64,000 bases of DNA from an uncultured Nitrospinota bacterium (GTDB lineage Bacteria > Tectomicrobia > Entotheonellia > J063 > CAVPRW01). Positions 1 to 9,848 of this stretch are shown piece after piece. The notes under the pieces were generated by a model, which worked only from the letters and a program-made list of their open reading frames with translations, was not told where the DNA came from and made no database searches. The translations under genes were made by a program, and so were the position numbers. Within the stretch, counting starts at the first letter, position 1, and every line of letters starts with the position of its first letter. The stretch covers positions 32,001-96,000 of the forward strand of contig CAVPRW010000042.1 of assembly GCA_963707985.1 (NCBI GenBank), given 5' to 3'.

Positions 1-5
1 AGAAG

Positions 6-948
6 ATGTTTCACCCCGATTCCTATGGGTACCGGCCGGGGAAGTCGGCGCTGGAGGCCGTCGGTCAGGCGCGCGAGCGATGCTGGCGCGACGACTGGGT
101 GCTCGATCTCGACATCCAAGGCTTTTTTGACAACATCGACCACGAGCTGATGATGCGGGCGGTGAGGAAGCACACCGACTGCCCATGGGTGCTGCTGTAC
201 ATCGAGCGGTGGCTGAAGGCCCCCGTGCAGAGGCCCGACGGCACACTGGTCGCGCGGGAGAAGGGGACGCCGCAAGGCGGGGTCGCGAGCCCGCTGCTGG
301 CGAATCTCTTCTTGCATTATACGTTCGATGTGTGGATGCAGCGGCATCATCCGGACATCCCCTTCGAACGCTATGCCGATGATGCGGTGTGCCACTGTCG
401 GAGTGAGGACCAGGCGCAGCAGCTACGCCACGAGCTGGAGCAGCGGTTTGGCCGCGTGTCGGCTGGAACTCCATCCGCAGAAGACCAAGATCGTCTACTG
501 CAAGGATGATGATCGGCGAGGAACCTACCCGCACGAACGGTTCGACTTCCTGGGCTATACGTTTCGGCCCCGGCGGTCGAAGAATCGCTGGGGGAAGTAC
601 TTCGTCAACTTCAGCCCGGCGGCCAGTGCCGAGGCCACCCGCGACGTTCGGCGAGAGCTACGGCGCTGGCACCTGCACACGCGCAGTGACAAATCCCTGG
701 AGGACCTCTCCCGGATGTTCAATCCCGTGCTCCGGGGGTGGGTGAACTACTACAGCCGGTTCTACAAGTCGGCCCTCTATCCGACGTTCCAGCATCTGGA
801 CCGGATCCTGGTCCGATGGGCGCTGCGGAAGTACAAGCGTCTGCGGGGACATCAGCGCCGAGCGGCCCACTGGCTGCGACGGATTGCCCGTCGCCAGCCG
901 GAGCTGTTCGCGCACTGGCGTCTCTGGCAGGCGGCGGCTGGACGCTAA
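6..948 (+). CDS. ltrA: Group II intron reverse transcriptase/maturase (N-terminus outside window; frameshift near 450, probably sequencing error)
   Basis: Motifs SYGYRPGKS, DLDIQGFFD, GTPQGG..SPLLAN, FERYADD in ORF 6..509; FDFLGY and maturase X domain NPVLRGWVNYY in ORF 328..948. Confidence 0.92.
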
Positions 949-1022
949 GAGCCGGATGAGCCGAGAGGTTCACGTCCGGTTCCGTGAGGGCGCGGGGGTG
1001 AGACTCCCCCGCGCTACTCGAC
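949..1022 (+). ncRNA. Group II intron domains V-VI (inner intron)
   Basis: GAGCCGGATGAGCCGAGAGGTTCACGTCCGGTTC (AGC triad, GAGA loop), then DVI hairpin GCGCGGGGG..CCCCCGCGC with bulged A and terminal AC. Confidence 0.92.
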
Positions 1023-1888
1023 GCGTGGTCTTCAGTCCCACGCACGAAGGGGCAGTCGAGGCCCGACACCGCCTGAGCCAATGGCTTGGGACACGCGGGT
1101 TGCGACTGTCGGACGAGAAAACCCACATTCGTCACGTTGGAGACGGCTTCAATTTCTTGGGGTTCAACATCCGGCACTATCCGACCCCCAATAGCTCGCG
1201 CCGTGGCTACAAGCTGCTGATGAAACCGAGCCAGGACTCCATCAACCAGCTCAAGGGGAAGCTCAAAGGACTCTGGCGCAAACATGTGGGCTCGCCCGCG
1301 GTGGCCCTGATCAATGAGATGCATCCAGTGATCAGGGGCTGGAGCCATTACTTCCGTAGTGGTGTGGCCACAGAGGTGTTCGCCGAATTGGCCAGTTTCA
1401 TGTATGTGCGCGCACAGCGCTACATGAAACGACGCCACCCGAGAAAATCAGGTTGGTGGAGAACCCAGAAATATTGGGGCCGTACCATCGGTCGACAGGA
1501 CCGATGGGTCTTCCAGGATCAAGACCGACATGCCACGCTCCGGAAATTTGCCTGGACACCGATCGTACGACATCGGCTGGTCCCAACCACGTATTCCCCC
1601 GATGACCCGACCCTACAGGATGACTGGAGACAACGACGGGCGAGGTCCCACACCCTGGCCTATCGCCAGCGGCACCTGGCCCAACGGCAACACGGCCGTT
1701 GTCCCGTCTGTCACCCGCACCTGGAACATGGAGAGGTTCTCCATACGCACCATGTCGTGCCAACGCACCATGGGGGCACGGAGGACCTCGCGAATCGGCG
1801 ACTCGTGCATGCCAACTGCCATCGTCAGATTCACAGCACCAGTGCGCCTCTGGGGGTACGTCGATGGCTTGAGCCGTATACCGGGTGA
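1023..1888 (+). CDS. ltrA: C-terminal half of group II intron RT/maturase with HNH endonuclease (interrupted gene)
   Basis: VVFS..GLRLSDEKT..GFNFLGFNIR, PVIRGWSHYF, CPVC..HTHHVVP..GG..N..LVHANCHRQIH; no start of its own. Confidence 0.88.
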
Positions 1889-1945
1889 TCGGTCCGCACG
1901 GTTCTGCGGGGAGGGGATGAGAGCGATATCATCTCCTTACCCAAC
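1871..1945 (+). ncRNA. Group II intron domains V-VI (outer intron)
   Basis: GAGCCGTATACCGGGTGATCGGTCCGCACGGTTC, then GGGGAGGGGATG..CATCTCCTTACCCAAC. Confidence 0.88.
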
Positions 1946-2094
1946 CATCTCCCTGGACGTCAGCGCCATCCGGCGCGGGTCAGGGTCACCACGACGAGGA
2001 AGTCGAAAGCGAATGCTGGTCTCGGTCATGAGCCCCCACGTGGGCTACTCTGAGAGCCGTCCCGGGTTCGGCTCGAAACGCTGGCCATGTCGCT

Positions 2095-2553
2095 TCAAAG
2101 GATATGTTTTTCATAAAACATATGGAATGGGCCTTCTTCGTAGTCCCCAAACGGCGGGATGCGCTGAAACCCGTAGCGCTCATATAAACGGCTCGCTTCT
2201 GGTTGGTAAATCCCCGTTTCCAGCCGTAACACGTCCACACCATGGTGCAGGGCATAGGCGGTGAGATGATCGAGCATGCGCCTGCCCATGCCCAAACCAC
2301 GAAACGGTGGGCGCACATACATGCGCTTGATTTCACCGTATGCCGTGCCAAAGAGCTTTATACCTCCGCATCCGGCCGCAAGGCCATCATGGCGTATGAC
2401 GAAAAAGGCCACCTCCTCTTCGAGTAGCTTCTCAATGCTATACCCGTAATGGTCTTCTATCGGATAGAGGGGGATGAGATACGCATCGAGCTCAGCAATC
2501 AGAGCCGCAGCATCCGCCGTGTCAGGGGATTCGGGCATAATGATGGTCGGCAT
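2095..2553 (-). CDS. GNAT family N-acetyltransferase
   Basis: GEIKRMYVRPPFRGLGMGR, LETGIYQPEA..LYERYGF; GAGGTG RBS before ATG 2553. Confidence 0.9.
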   Translation of the reverse strand: MPTIIMPESPDTADAAALIAELDAYLIPLYPIEDHYGYSIEKLLEEEVAFFVIRHDGLAAGCGGIKLFGTAYGEIKRMYVRPPFRGLGMGRRMLDHLTAYALHHGVDVLRLETGIYQPEASRLYERYGFQRIPPFGDYEEGPFHMFYEKHIL

Positions 2554-2635
2554 GCACCACCTCACAAACCTCGTTACATGTGGGGCGATTTGGCAAGATC
2601 GGGCTCCCTGACGCCGCTTCGCTCCGGCAAGGGAC

Positions 2636-2651
2636 CGTTTCATGTGGAACC
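2636..2651. promoter_or_regulatory. Candidate parS site
   Basis: Intergenic CGTTTCATGTGGAACC, close to the TGTTNCACGTGAAACA consensus. Confidence 0.45.
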
Positions 2652-2902
2652 ATAGAGACGGCGTCTTTGCGCCCAGGAAGGACAATTGTCCCCTATCCTA
2701 CCCTCTCCTTCACCGGCAAAGGAACAAACCGCTCAGGGGTTCCAGGCCTGTTGTTCATCCCGAGTCCCGGATCATGCCAAGTGCTTCTCTCTCACATCGA
2801 TGTCACGCAGGCAAGTCGGCACGGCCCCATACATCCTACTCCGCATGATTCAACCATGCGATTCCCAAGGTTTCGGGCTTTCTTGGCGCGACCATGCGCG
2901 AG

Positions 2903-3790
2903 TTAGCTGGCTGGGGGCGCCGCAATCCAGCGCGGGACGCGCGCGGGAATCTTGTCGTCGCCCAACTCGCGGCAGAGCGGTTTCAGTCGTTCCTGCGCAC
3001 CATGCCACTCGAGGTCAAGGCTCCTCTCGTGGAGAGGTACATCCAGGCGCAGAGTCGCCAAGCGTCGATACAGAAGCACATCTGCCTGATGAGACCTGAG
3101 ACTTTCGGCAAGCCGGAGCGCCCGGGAACGCCCCAGACCCCATCGGCCAGGGTCTTCGGGAATTGACTCGAGGTGTTCGTAACGGGAGAGCACCGCGCTC
3201 GCAGACTTTGGCCCCCAGCCGGGGAGCCCGGGGTAGCCGTCAGCGGCATCGCCGACGAGGGCGAGCCAATCGGGAATGGAGCCGGGCCGAACCCCGAATT
3301 TCGCCAGCACAGCCGCTTCGTCATACATGATGTCGCGGCGACGGTCCCAACAGACCACCTGGTTGCCCGAAACGACCTGGGCTAAATCTTTGTCCGGGGA
3401 GCAAATGACGACCTGGTCGACGCCGGCTTCGCTTCGGAAGCGTGTCGCCGCAGCAGCGAGCGCATCGTCCGCCTCGAACTCCACCATGGGCCAGACGACC
3501 ACCCCTAAGGCCGCAACGGCCTCCTCGGCCAGCGGGAATTGGGCCAGCAGGTCTGACGCGACACCTGTACTGGTCTTGTATCCTGCGAAGAGGTCATTGC
3601 GGAAGGACTCGATGACGTGATCGAACGCACACGCCACGTGAGTCGCGCCCGACTTCGAAAGAAGGGAGAGCAGGCTGTTGAGGAGGCCGAGAGTGGCGCC
3701 GACTTCGCGGCCGTCCGGAGCCTTTTTGGGAGGCGCGCCGAAGAAGCTGCGGAAGAGCTCATAGGTGCCGTCTACTAGGTGGATCCTCAT
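2903..3790 (-). CDS. Stand-alone 5'-3' exonuclease / flap endonuclease (PIN + H3TH)
   Basis: HLVDG, FEADD, SPDKDL, ALVGDAADGYPGLPGWGPKSA; no polymerase domain. Confidence 0.9.
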   Translation of the reverse strand: MRIHLVDGTYELFRSFFGAPPKKAPDGREVGATLGLLNSLLSLLSKSGATHVACAFDHVIESFRNDLFAGYKTSTGVASDLLAQFPLAEEAVAALGVVVWPMVEFEADDALAAAATRFRSEAGVDQVVICSPDKDLAQVVSGNQVVCWDRRRDIMYDEAAVLAKFGVRPGSIPDWLALVGDAADGYPGLPGWGPKSASAVLSRYEHLESIPEDPGRWGLGRSRALRLAESLRSHQADVLLYRRLATLRLDVPLHERSLDLEWHGAQERLKPLCRELGDDKIPARVPRWIAAPPAS

Positions 3791-4183
3791 GTGTGTCGCT
3801 CCGTGAGTCGACGTCCTCACGCCAATGAAGTGCACAGCGCCTAGACATCATGACTTCCGATGGATGTGACGGTGACGACTCGGCTCCGGTTCATGACAAA
3901 CGCGCTCCTGACTTGGCTCTATCCAAAGTATGGCAATGATTCGCATCGAAGTGGGCCACTTTCTCATTGCACCCCGCCGTTTCAATTACTTACGGGTGCT
4001 GAGCTCCGAACATTGTACTCAGCGGGTCAGTTGAAAAGCTGTTGTGCCGACCTGCAAATACAAGCCGATGGACGCCCACGCTAGTCAACGCGGATCCGGA
4101 CCACCACGATGTGGGAGGGGAGAGGGCAAGCTATTGTCCGCCATGAGTAAACCTACACTCTTGGGCTACCCCCAGCAGATTTC

Positions 4184-4439
4184 TTAGCGGTATGCCTGCC
4201 CACGCGACAGGATGCGCAGCCCCTCCAGCGTCCGCACTTCTCCTCGCGCCAGCTCCTCACGCGCCTCCTGTACGGCGTGGCGCTCTTCGTCTGTCTCAGC
4301 TGCGTCGTCCAATGGAGCTTCGAGCAGCGTCCGCAGGACTGGATCGGCGGTGGCGCGAGTTAAGAAAGCGCTTGGCGGCTGCCAATTCCGACTCGGGGAG
4401 CTCGTCGATCAGCTGATGTAAGGTGTCTCGCATGGGCAT
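4184..4439 (-). pseudogene. Frameshifted small protein resembling addiction-module antitoxins
   Basis: MPMRDTLHQLIDELPESELAAAKRFL, frame change, then RATADPVLRTLLEAPLDD..EERHAVQEAREELARGEVR; GGGAGG RBS; no toxin gene seen. Confidence 0.55.
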
Positions 4440-4590
4440 CCATCATCCTCCCCAACACTGATGTACGAGCCTCAAGATTGCCACCAATAACTTTGATAAG
4501 CTCGATACATCAAGAGACTTTCGCTCACAGGGCGGTAACGGCTCGAAACCCCATGAATGCGTTACCACAGCAATCTGTGCTCCGTCGTAT

Positions 4591-4935
4591 TCACCTTGCT
4601 TCGTCAAGCGTCCGCTCCGTGCGCTGATTGGCTACCATGGACGCGACGCAAGCCTCTCCAGATACGCTTGGAACCGATAATCCGCTGATCTGAAAGTCAG
4701 AGGGCAAACCAAAGGCTGCGAGGGCTTGCTGGCGCTCGTCATCGTTGTCTGCTAAACGCTCGGGGAGCACGTGGTCAATGACGACATGCTCCAGACCTGC
4801 TATACGCTCACCCGTATAAGCACAGCGGCCCTCATAGACGTACCACAGGGCCACGCGGAGATGCCCATTGAGCCGTTCCTTCGACGGCTTGGCCCTATGC
4901 CTGCTGCTCCCCTGCTTGACGTGATGTTCCGACAT
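4591..4935 (-). pseudogene. Truncated HNH endonuclease-like protein
   Basis: GRCAYTG..IDHVLP; the expected downstream N..CN motif is missing. Confidence 0.6.
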
Positions 4936-4968
4936 AATCGTCCCGTGGTGGTATGGCCACCACCTGTC

Positions 4969-5199
4969 CTACCATTTCTCCCGAAACTCTCGGAGCACTT
5001 CCTCCGCTGAGAGGTTGAGGTAGAGCTCCGTCGTGGTCAGTCGATCATGGCTGAGGAGCCGTTGCAGGGATGGCAGCGAGATGCCTTTTTGAATGGCCGT
5101 CACCGAGAAGGTGGGGTGTAGCGCGTGGGGGGTAACCGGCCGACGGAAGCGGGCGCGGTTGGCCACGCTCTTGACCACGCGCTGAATCGTCCGAGGCAA
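4969..5199 (-). pseudogene. Tyrosine recombinase/integrase C-terminal fragment
   Basis: VTPHALHPTF (degenerate HxLRH), LQRLLSH..TTELY. Confidence 0.8.
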
Positions 5200-5278
5200 A
5201 AGGCGACAAATTAGTGGGGCCCCTCGTCCAGAGTATCGTAGCGCCCCTGTGCATGCCCTACAATGAGGATGTCATATC

Positions 5279-5318
5279 ATGCAAAAAGGGACTGGACATG
5301 TCCAGTCCCTTTTTGCAT
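5279..5318. terminator. Bidirectional intrinsic terminator (40-bp perfect palindrome) downstream of tRNA-Leu
   Basis: ATGCAAAAAGGGACTGGACA|TGTCCAGTCCCTTTTTGCAT with T-tracts on both strands. Confidence 0.75.
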
Positions 5319-5404
5319 TCAGCCAACGTCGTTAGGTAATCGTTAGCTAACAAGCGCTTGTGATGCGCTGATAGATTACATCCAGAGGAACAACTTGCTT
5401 CTAG

Positions 5405-5488
5405 TGCCGAAGAGAGGACTCGAACCTCCACCCGGTTGCCCGGACCAGACCCTGAATCTGGCGCGTCTACCAATTCCGCCACTTCGGC
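5405..5488 (-). tRNA. tRNA-Leu(CAG), CCA not encoded
   Basis: Acceptor GCCGAAG/CTTCGGC, D arm TGGCGGAATTGGTAGACGC, anticodon arm CCAGA-TTCAGGG-TCTGG, long variable arm, GGTTCGAGTCC. Confidence 0.97.
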
Positions 5489-5509
5489 ACGGGAACTTTC
5501 GTGCGTCCA

Positions 5510-5538
5510 AATATATGCAAGCCTCACGGAAAAGTCAA
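5510..5538 (-). promoter_or_regulatory. Sigma70-type promoter for tRNA-Leu
   Basis: TTGACT-17 nt-TATATT on minus strand. Confidence 0.65.
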
Positions 5539-5563
5539 GCTCATGACTAAGCCGGGAACGCCG

Positions 5564-5593
5564 TTGACAAGCTTCGAAATCCAGTGTTACATT
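5564..5593 (+). promoter_or_regulatory. Sigma70-type promoter for mutase operon
   Basis: TTGACA-18 nt-TACATT with TG extended -10. Confidence 0.55.
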
Positions 5594-5647
5594 GCGACAC
5601 ATAGGAAGCAGACCCCTCACTTGGGGCAGAAAGGAGGGATGCAACGT

Positions 5648-6073
5648 ATGGCGGATAGGGCACGCGCCATCCGAGTGCTGGTCGCCAAGCCGGGTCTCGA
5701 TGGCCATGACCGTGGCGCCAAGGTCCTGGCGCTGGCGCTGCGCGACGCCGGTATGGAGGTCATTTATACGGGCCTGCGTCAGACACCGGAGAAGATCGCC
5801 CAGGCAGCGATCCAGGAGGATGTGGACGTGGTCGGTATGAGCTGCCTGTCAGGAGCGCATATGCACCTCTTTCCCCGGGTTGTAGAACTCCTTCGGGCCC
5901 AGGGGGCTGATGATATCCTGGTCCTCGGCGGCGGCATCATCCCCAAGGAAGATACCCCCAAACTGAAGGAGTTGGGCATCGCAGAGGTCTTCGGACCTGG
6001 GACCTCGACCCAAGATATCATTCAATATATCCGCCAAGCGCTGGCGCGCTCGGATGATACGCGAGACAGCTAG
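5648..6073 (+). CDS. Cobalamin-binding small subunit of acyl-CoA mutase (methylmalonyl-CoA mutase C-terminal domain)
   Basis: [12 protein letters not shown] (DxHxxG), SCLSGAH, GGGIIP; AGGAGG RBS. Confidence 0.93.
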   Translation: MADRARAIRVLVAKPGLDGHDRGAKVLALALRDAGMEVIYTGLRQTPEKIAQAAIQEDVDVVGMSCLSGAHMHLFPRVVELLRAQGADDILVLGGGIIPKEDTPKLKELGIAEVFGPGTSTQDIIQYIRQALARSDDTRDS

Positions 6074-6106
6074 GAGCGCTGGTCCTTCCACGCGTGGGAG
6101 AAGGGT

Positions 6107-6517
6107 ATGCTGCAACAAATCGACCACATTGGCATCGCTGTCAAGGACCTCGACGAGACGGTGGCGTTCTATCGCCAGGTCATGGGGCTTGAGGTGAGTT
6201 CAACTGAGGTCTTCAATGGCATGAAAATCGCCTTTCTCCGCATCGGCGACAGCGAGATCGAGCTCCTCGAAGACCTGACCCCCGACGGCGCGATCGCTCG
6301 CCATGTCGCGAAACGGGGGGAGGGCGTACAGCACATGGCCTACCGTGTCGACAACATTGAGCAAGCCCTACAACACGTGCGCGCCAAGGGCATTGCGCTA
6401 ATCGACGAACAGCCACGCCCCGGGGCTCGTAAGGCACGTGTCGCCTTCTTGCACCCGAACAGCACCAAAGGTGTGCTCATTGAGCTCGTTGAGCCGGAGA
6501 GCTCGCCCCTACCATAG
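6107..6517 (+). CDS. mce: Methylmalonyl-CoA epimerase
   Basis: IDHIGIAV, GEGVQHMAYRV, AFLHP..TKGVLIELVE; operon context. Confidence 0.92.
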   Translation: MLQQIDHIGIAVKDLDETVAFYRQVMGLEVSSTEVFNGMKIAFLRIGDSEIELLEDLTPDGAIARHVAKRGEGVQHMAYRVDNIEQALQHVRAKGIALIDEQPRPGARKARVAFLHPNSTKGVLIELVEPESSPLP

Positions 6518-6710
6518 TAGAATCACGTGCACAGCGCTCTGGACCTCTCCATGCCATGCTCAGCTTGCCCTCCGCGCGCAGCCAACTTCCAACACCAGAT
6601 GTCCCTGCGGGGGAGTGTCGACAAGTCGGGAATACCCCGGAGCTGTTCTGCGGGTCTGACGAGCCGCATGGCTATCGCGCCCAGCCAGTGCACCCGACAG
6701 AGGGCAACCA

Positions 6711-7721
6711 GTGATGACGAACGAGGCCTCCGTGAGGGCTCTTGTAGAGCAAGCGCGCACCGGCGCCCAGCGGCCGCTGGCGCGACTGATCTCTATGGTC
6801 GAACGCGACGAGCCGTCGGTGCCAGGCATCATGCAGCAGCTCTTTCCCCACCTTGGCAAGGCTTATTCCATTGGGATCACTGGCCCTCCAGGGGGTGGCA
6901 AAAGCACACTCGTCGACCGACTGACCGCCATCCTCCGGCAGAAGGGCCTCACCGTTGGCATCATCGCCGCAGACCCAACCAGCCCTTTCTCGGGGGGGGC
7001 GATCCTAGGCGATCGCATCCGTATGCAGCAGCATTACCTCGATCCCGGCGTATTCATCCGCAGTATGGCGACGAAAAACCGTCATGGAGGATTGCCGCCC
7101 GCGGCTAAAGATGTGATGAAGCTGATGGATGCAGCGGGCAAGGATATCATCCTGGTCGAAACCGTTGGCGTCGGCCAGACGGAACTCGATATCGTCGAAA
7201 CCACCGACACCACCGTCGTTCTGCTGGTACCCGAAGCTGGGGATGCTATTCAAACGCTCAAGGCGGGTCTGATGGAAATCGCCGATATTTTTGTTGTCAA
7301 TAAGGCGGATAGAGAGGGTGCAGACCGGCTGATGGCCGAGCTGAGGATGATGCGGGAGATCCAACTGGCGCCCGGCGGGTGGGATGTTCCTATCGTTGCC
7401 ACTCAGGCCCACCGGGGTGTTGGAGTCGAAGCGCTGTACGACAAGATCGGCGAACACCGACGCTTTCTGGAAACGTCAGGGGAATTGCATCGGCGGCGGG
7501 CCCAGCATCGCCGCAACGAATTGTGGGCGCTCGTCGAGCATCAGGTCAGGAGGCGGTTGGCAGAGCGCGTGCGGGAAGACCCCGAGCTCGCGGCGCTCGT
7601 CGAGCTGGTGATGCGAGCGGAGGTCGACCCCCATACGGCGGTGGCCCGGATTCTGGACGACGAGGGAACGCTGCGGCGTTGGCTGCTGCCGGGGAACGCT
7701 GACGCTGAACGCATCCCTTAG
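6711..7721 (+). CDS. meaB: Mutase-associated GTPase chaperone
   Basis: GPPGGGKST, DPTSPFSGGAILGDRIRM, ETVGVGQ, NKAD. Confidence 0.95.
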   Translation: MMTNEASVRALVEQARTGAQRPLARLISMVERDEPSVPGIMQQLFPHLGKAYSIGITGPPGGGKSTLVDRLTAILRQKGLTVGIIAADPTSPFSGGAILGDRIRMQQHYLDPGVFIRSMATKNRHGGLPPAAKDVMKLMDAAGKDIILVETVGVGQTELDIVETTDTTVVLLVPEAGDAIQTLKAGLMEIADIFVVNKADREGADRLMAELRMMREIQLAPGGWDVPIVATQAHRGVGVEALYDKIGEHRRFLETSGELHRRRAQHRRNELWALVEHQVRRRLAERVREDPELAALVELVMRAEVDPHTAVARILDDEGTLRRWLLPGNADAERIP

Positions 7722-7730
7722 GAGGGCATC

Positions 7731-9098
7731 ATGGGAGTGACGGCACAACTGGCCGCCTTCATTGTCGATACCACCGCCGCAGACATCCCACCGCTAGCCT
7801 ATGCTCGAGCCAAGGAGGCCATGTTGGACGGGCTCGGCTGTGCCCTGGTCGGTTCTCCTACGCCTATTGGCAAACTGGTGACGCGGTATGTCCATGAGCG
7901 CAGCGAAACCCCCCGGGCTGCGGTAATCGGCAGCGGCTTCAAGACCTCGGCAGCGCTCGCGGCTCTTGCAAACGGCACCATGGCTCACGCGCTGGATTTC
8001 GATGATGTGAACTGGAGCATGAATGGCCATCCGACCGTACCGTTGCTTCCGGCGGTGCTGGCGCTCGGGCAGGAAGTCCATGCTGCCGGTTCAGACGTAC
8101 TATTGGCCTATGTGTTAGGCTTTGAGATCGAGACCAAGATCGGACTAGGCGTCAACCCCAGACACTACGACCTGGGCTGGCATGCAACCTCGACGCTTGG
8201 TACGCTGGGTGCGGCGGCAGCGTGTGCGAAATTGTTGCGACTGGACGTCGAGAGAACCCGTATGACTTTCGGGATAGCGGCCTCTACGGCTGCCGGTCTG
8301 CGGCAGAACTTCGGTACCATGACCAAACCTCTACATCCTGGGCAGGCGGCGATGAACGGCGTCACCGCGGCGCAACTGGCCCACCTTGGATGGACAGCTG
8401 ATGCAAATATCATCGAGGCCCCCTACGGCTTCTGCCAGCTATATGCCGGCACAAACCAGTATAACCTCGAGGCCATGGTCAAGCACCTGGGTAATCCCTA
8501 TGAACTGCTGACCAGTGGTGTGGCGATCAAACAATATCCCTGTTGTGCCTTTACCCACCGGGCGTTAGATGGCATCCTGGCGCTAGTGCAGCAGCACCAG
8601 CTAAGCGCGGCCGACGTTGCCAGCGTCGAATGTCTGGTGGGACGGCCAACCATCGAAGTCCTCCTGCACTCGCGCCCGCACACCGGCCTGGAGGGGAAGT
8701 TTAGCATGCAATATTGTCTGGCTGCGGCCTTGCTGGATAAACGCATCGGGTTGCTGTCGTTTTCAGACGAGAAAGTCGGACGCCCGGCGGCACAGCAGCT
8801 CTGCGAGCGGGTGACCATGAGGTTACATTCGGAGGCGCAGGACAGGGGCACCAGCGGCGAAGATCTGCCGGTGACCGTGACGGTGAGGCTCCAGGATGGC
8901 CGCACGCTCAGTACACAAATCCTGCATCCCAAAGGCCATCCGGCCAATCCGCTCACGGCTGTTGCCTTGCAGGACAAGTTCGAGGATTGTGCCTATGGCG
9001 TGCTGGAGCGCCAGGACCTTCGTCACGTGATGACACTGGTGCAGAGTCTGGAACAACTTGACGACATCGGCTCACTCATGGATGTGTTGATGGCCTGA
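7731..9098 (+). CDS. MmgE/PrpD family protein
   Basis: NGTMAHALDFDD..GHP, NFGTMTKPLH, KQYPCC. Confidence 0.92.
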   Translation: MGVTAQLAAFIVDTTAADIPPLAYARAKEAMLDGLGCALVGSPTPIGKLVTRYVHERSETPRAAVIGSGFKTSAALAALANGTMAHALDFDDVNWSMNGHPTVPLLPAVLALGQEVHAAGSDVLLAYVLGFEIETKIGLGVNPRHYDLGWHATSTLGTLGAAAACAKLLRLDVERTRMTFGIAASTAAGLRQNFGTMTKPLHPGQAAMNGVTAAQLAHLGWTADANIIEAPYGFCQLYAGTNQYNLEAMVKHLGNPYELLTSGVAIKQYPCCAFTHRALDGILALVQQHQLSAADVASVECLVGRPTIEVLLHSRPHTGLEGKFSMQYCLAAALLDKRIGLLSFSDEKVGRPAAQQLCERVTMRLHSEAQDRGTSGEDLPVTVTVRLQDGRTLSTQILHPKGHPANPLTAVALQDKFEDCAYGVLERQDLRHVMTLVQSLEQLDDIGSLMDVLMA

Positions 9099-9205
9099 TC
9101 TTTGGGAACCAACCGAGGGGACAAGTGTGGAAAGCGTTGAAGCCTTGGTGCACCGTCTTCAGGTCATCGTTGGAAAAGCATTCTTGAAATGACCAACCGC
9201 TCCGT

Positions 9206-9382
9206 TCGGTGGCCGCCTTCTGTGAGGATATAGGCCAGCCATAGCACCGCGGTCCAACTCCAACTATGCCCCCGTTGCTTCCTATGGCGGGAGATATGCC
9301 TGTCGAGTGCTTCCAGAAAGCCGGTGACCATTTGCCCGATGAGCAAGGCTACAGCATCGACCCACTCCGTGATGATCACCAA
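9206..9382 (-). pseudogene. Transposase N-terminal relic, IS1634-like
   Basis: IITEWVDAVALLIGQM..LDRHI.RH.KQRG.SW.WTAVLWLAYILTEG resembles IS1634-type N-termini; rest absent. Confidence 0.65.
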
Positions 9383-9848
9383 GTCACTTTTCCGACAACG
9401 ATCCTGGACGTGTTGCGCCAGATGCACGCTTATGCGGCCCTCCGCTCTTCAGATTGAGCCGCTTGGGTCGGACTTATAATTCTTTCATATCATATCTTTA
9501 TTTATTTTTATTAATATATTTATATCAAATAATCCTTGACTCCCAACGAAATGTTGTGGTACCTACAACAAGGCTCAGTTTGAGCCCGCTTGGATGGCGC
9601 CTCAACACGTCTACTGATATCGAGAGGTAATTTCCCAAAGATCGACGCCTGTTGCCTAGCGTATCGATTGATGGGGGCGCATGGCAAAATTGCCGTGAGG
9701 ATATCGTCCTCAATGGTAAATCTTCATGGTGAAGGTGTTTCTAGGGTGGGTGCCCCACAAGACCCGTTGCCGCCTAGTCATACGCCTGGCCGTGGGCGAT
9801 GTACTGGGACAGAAAACGCCAGTAAACTACGACCGGAGGAAAAGTTTG

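Larger units (their letters stand above)
1..1022 (+). mobile_element. Group II intron, bacterial class D-like (RmInt1-type), 3' part; 5' end outside window
   Basis: RT/maturase ORF with no endonuclease domain, followed directly by domain V and VI ending CTCGAC at 1022. Confidence 0.9.
1023..1945 (+). mobile_element. Second group II intron (chloroplast-like class, HNH-containing), 3' part, interrupted by the inner intron
   Basis: RT C-terminal half, X domain, HNH domain, then DV/DVI ending ACCCAAC at 1945. Confidence 0.88.

Noticed and set aside
884..1022. ORF 884..1888 as a complete protein
   Set aside because: Its N-terminal part is translated inner-intron sequence (end of ORF and DV/DVI); the true outer RT frame resumes at 1023
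3930..3972. Fur-box-like AATGATTCGCAT
   Set aside because: Partial match only, and no iron-related gene adjacent
6518..6710. Cobalamin riboswitch between mce and meaB
   Set aside because: No GGGAA/GCCACUG/B12-box motifs seen
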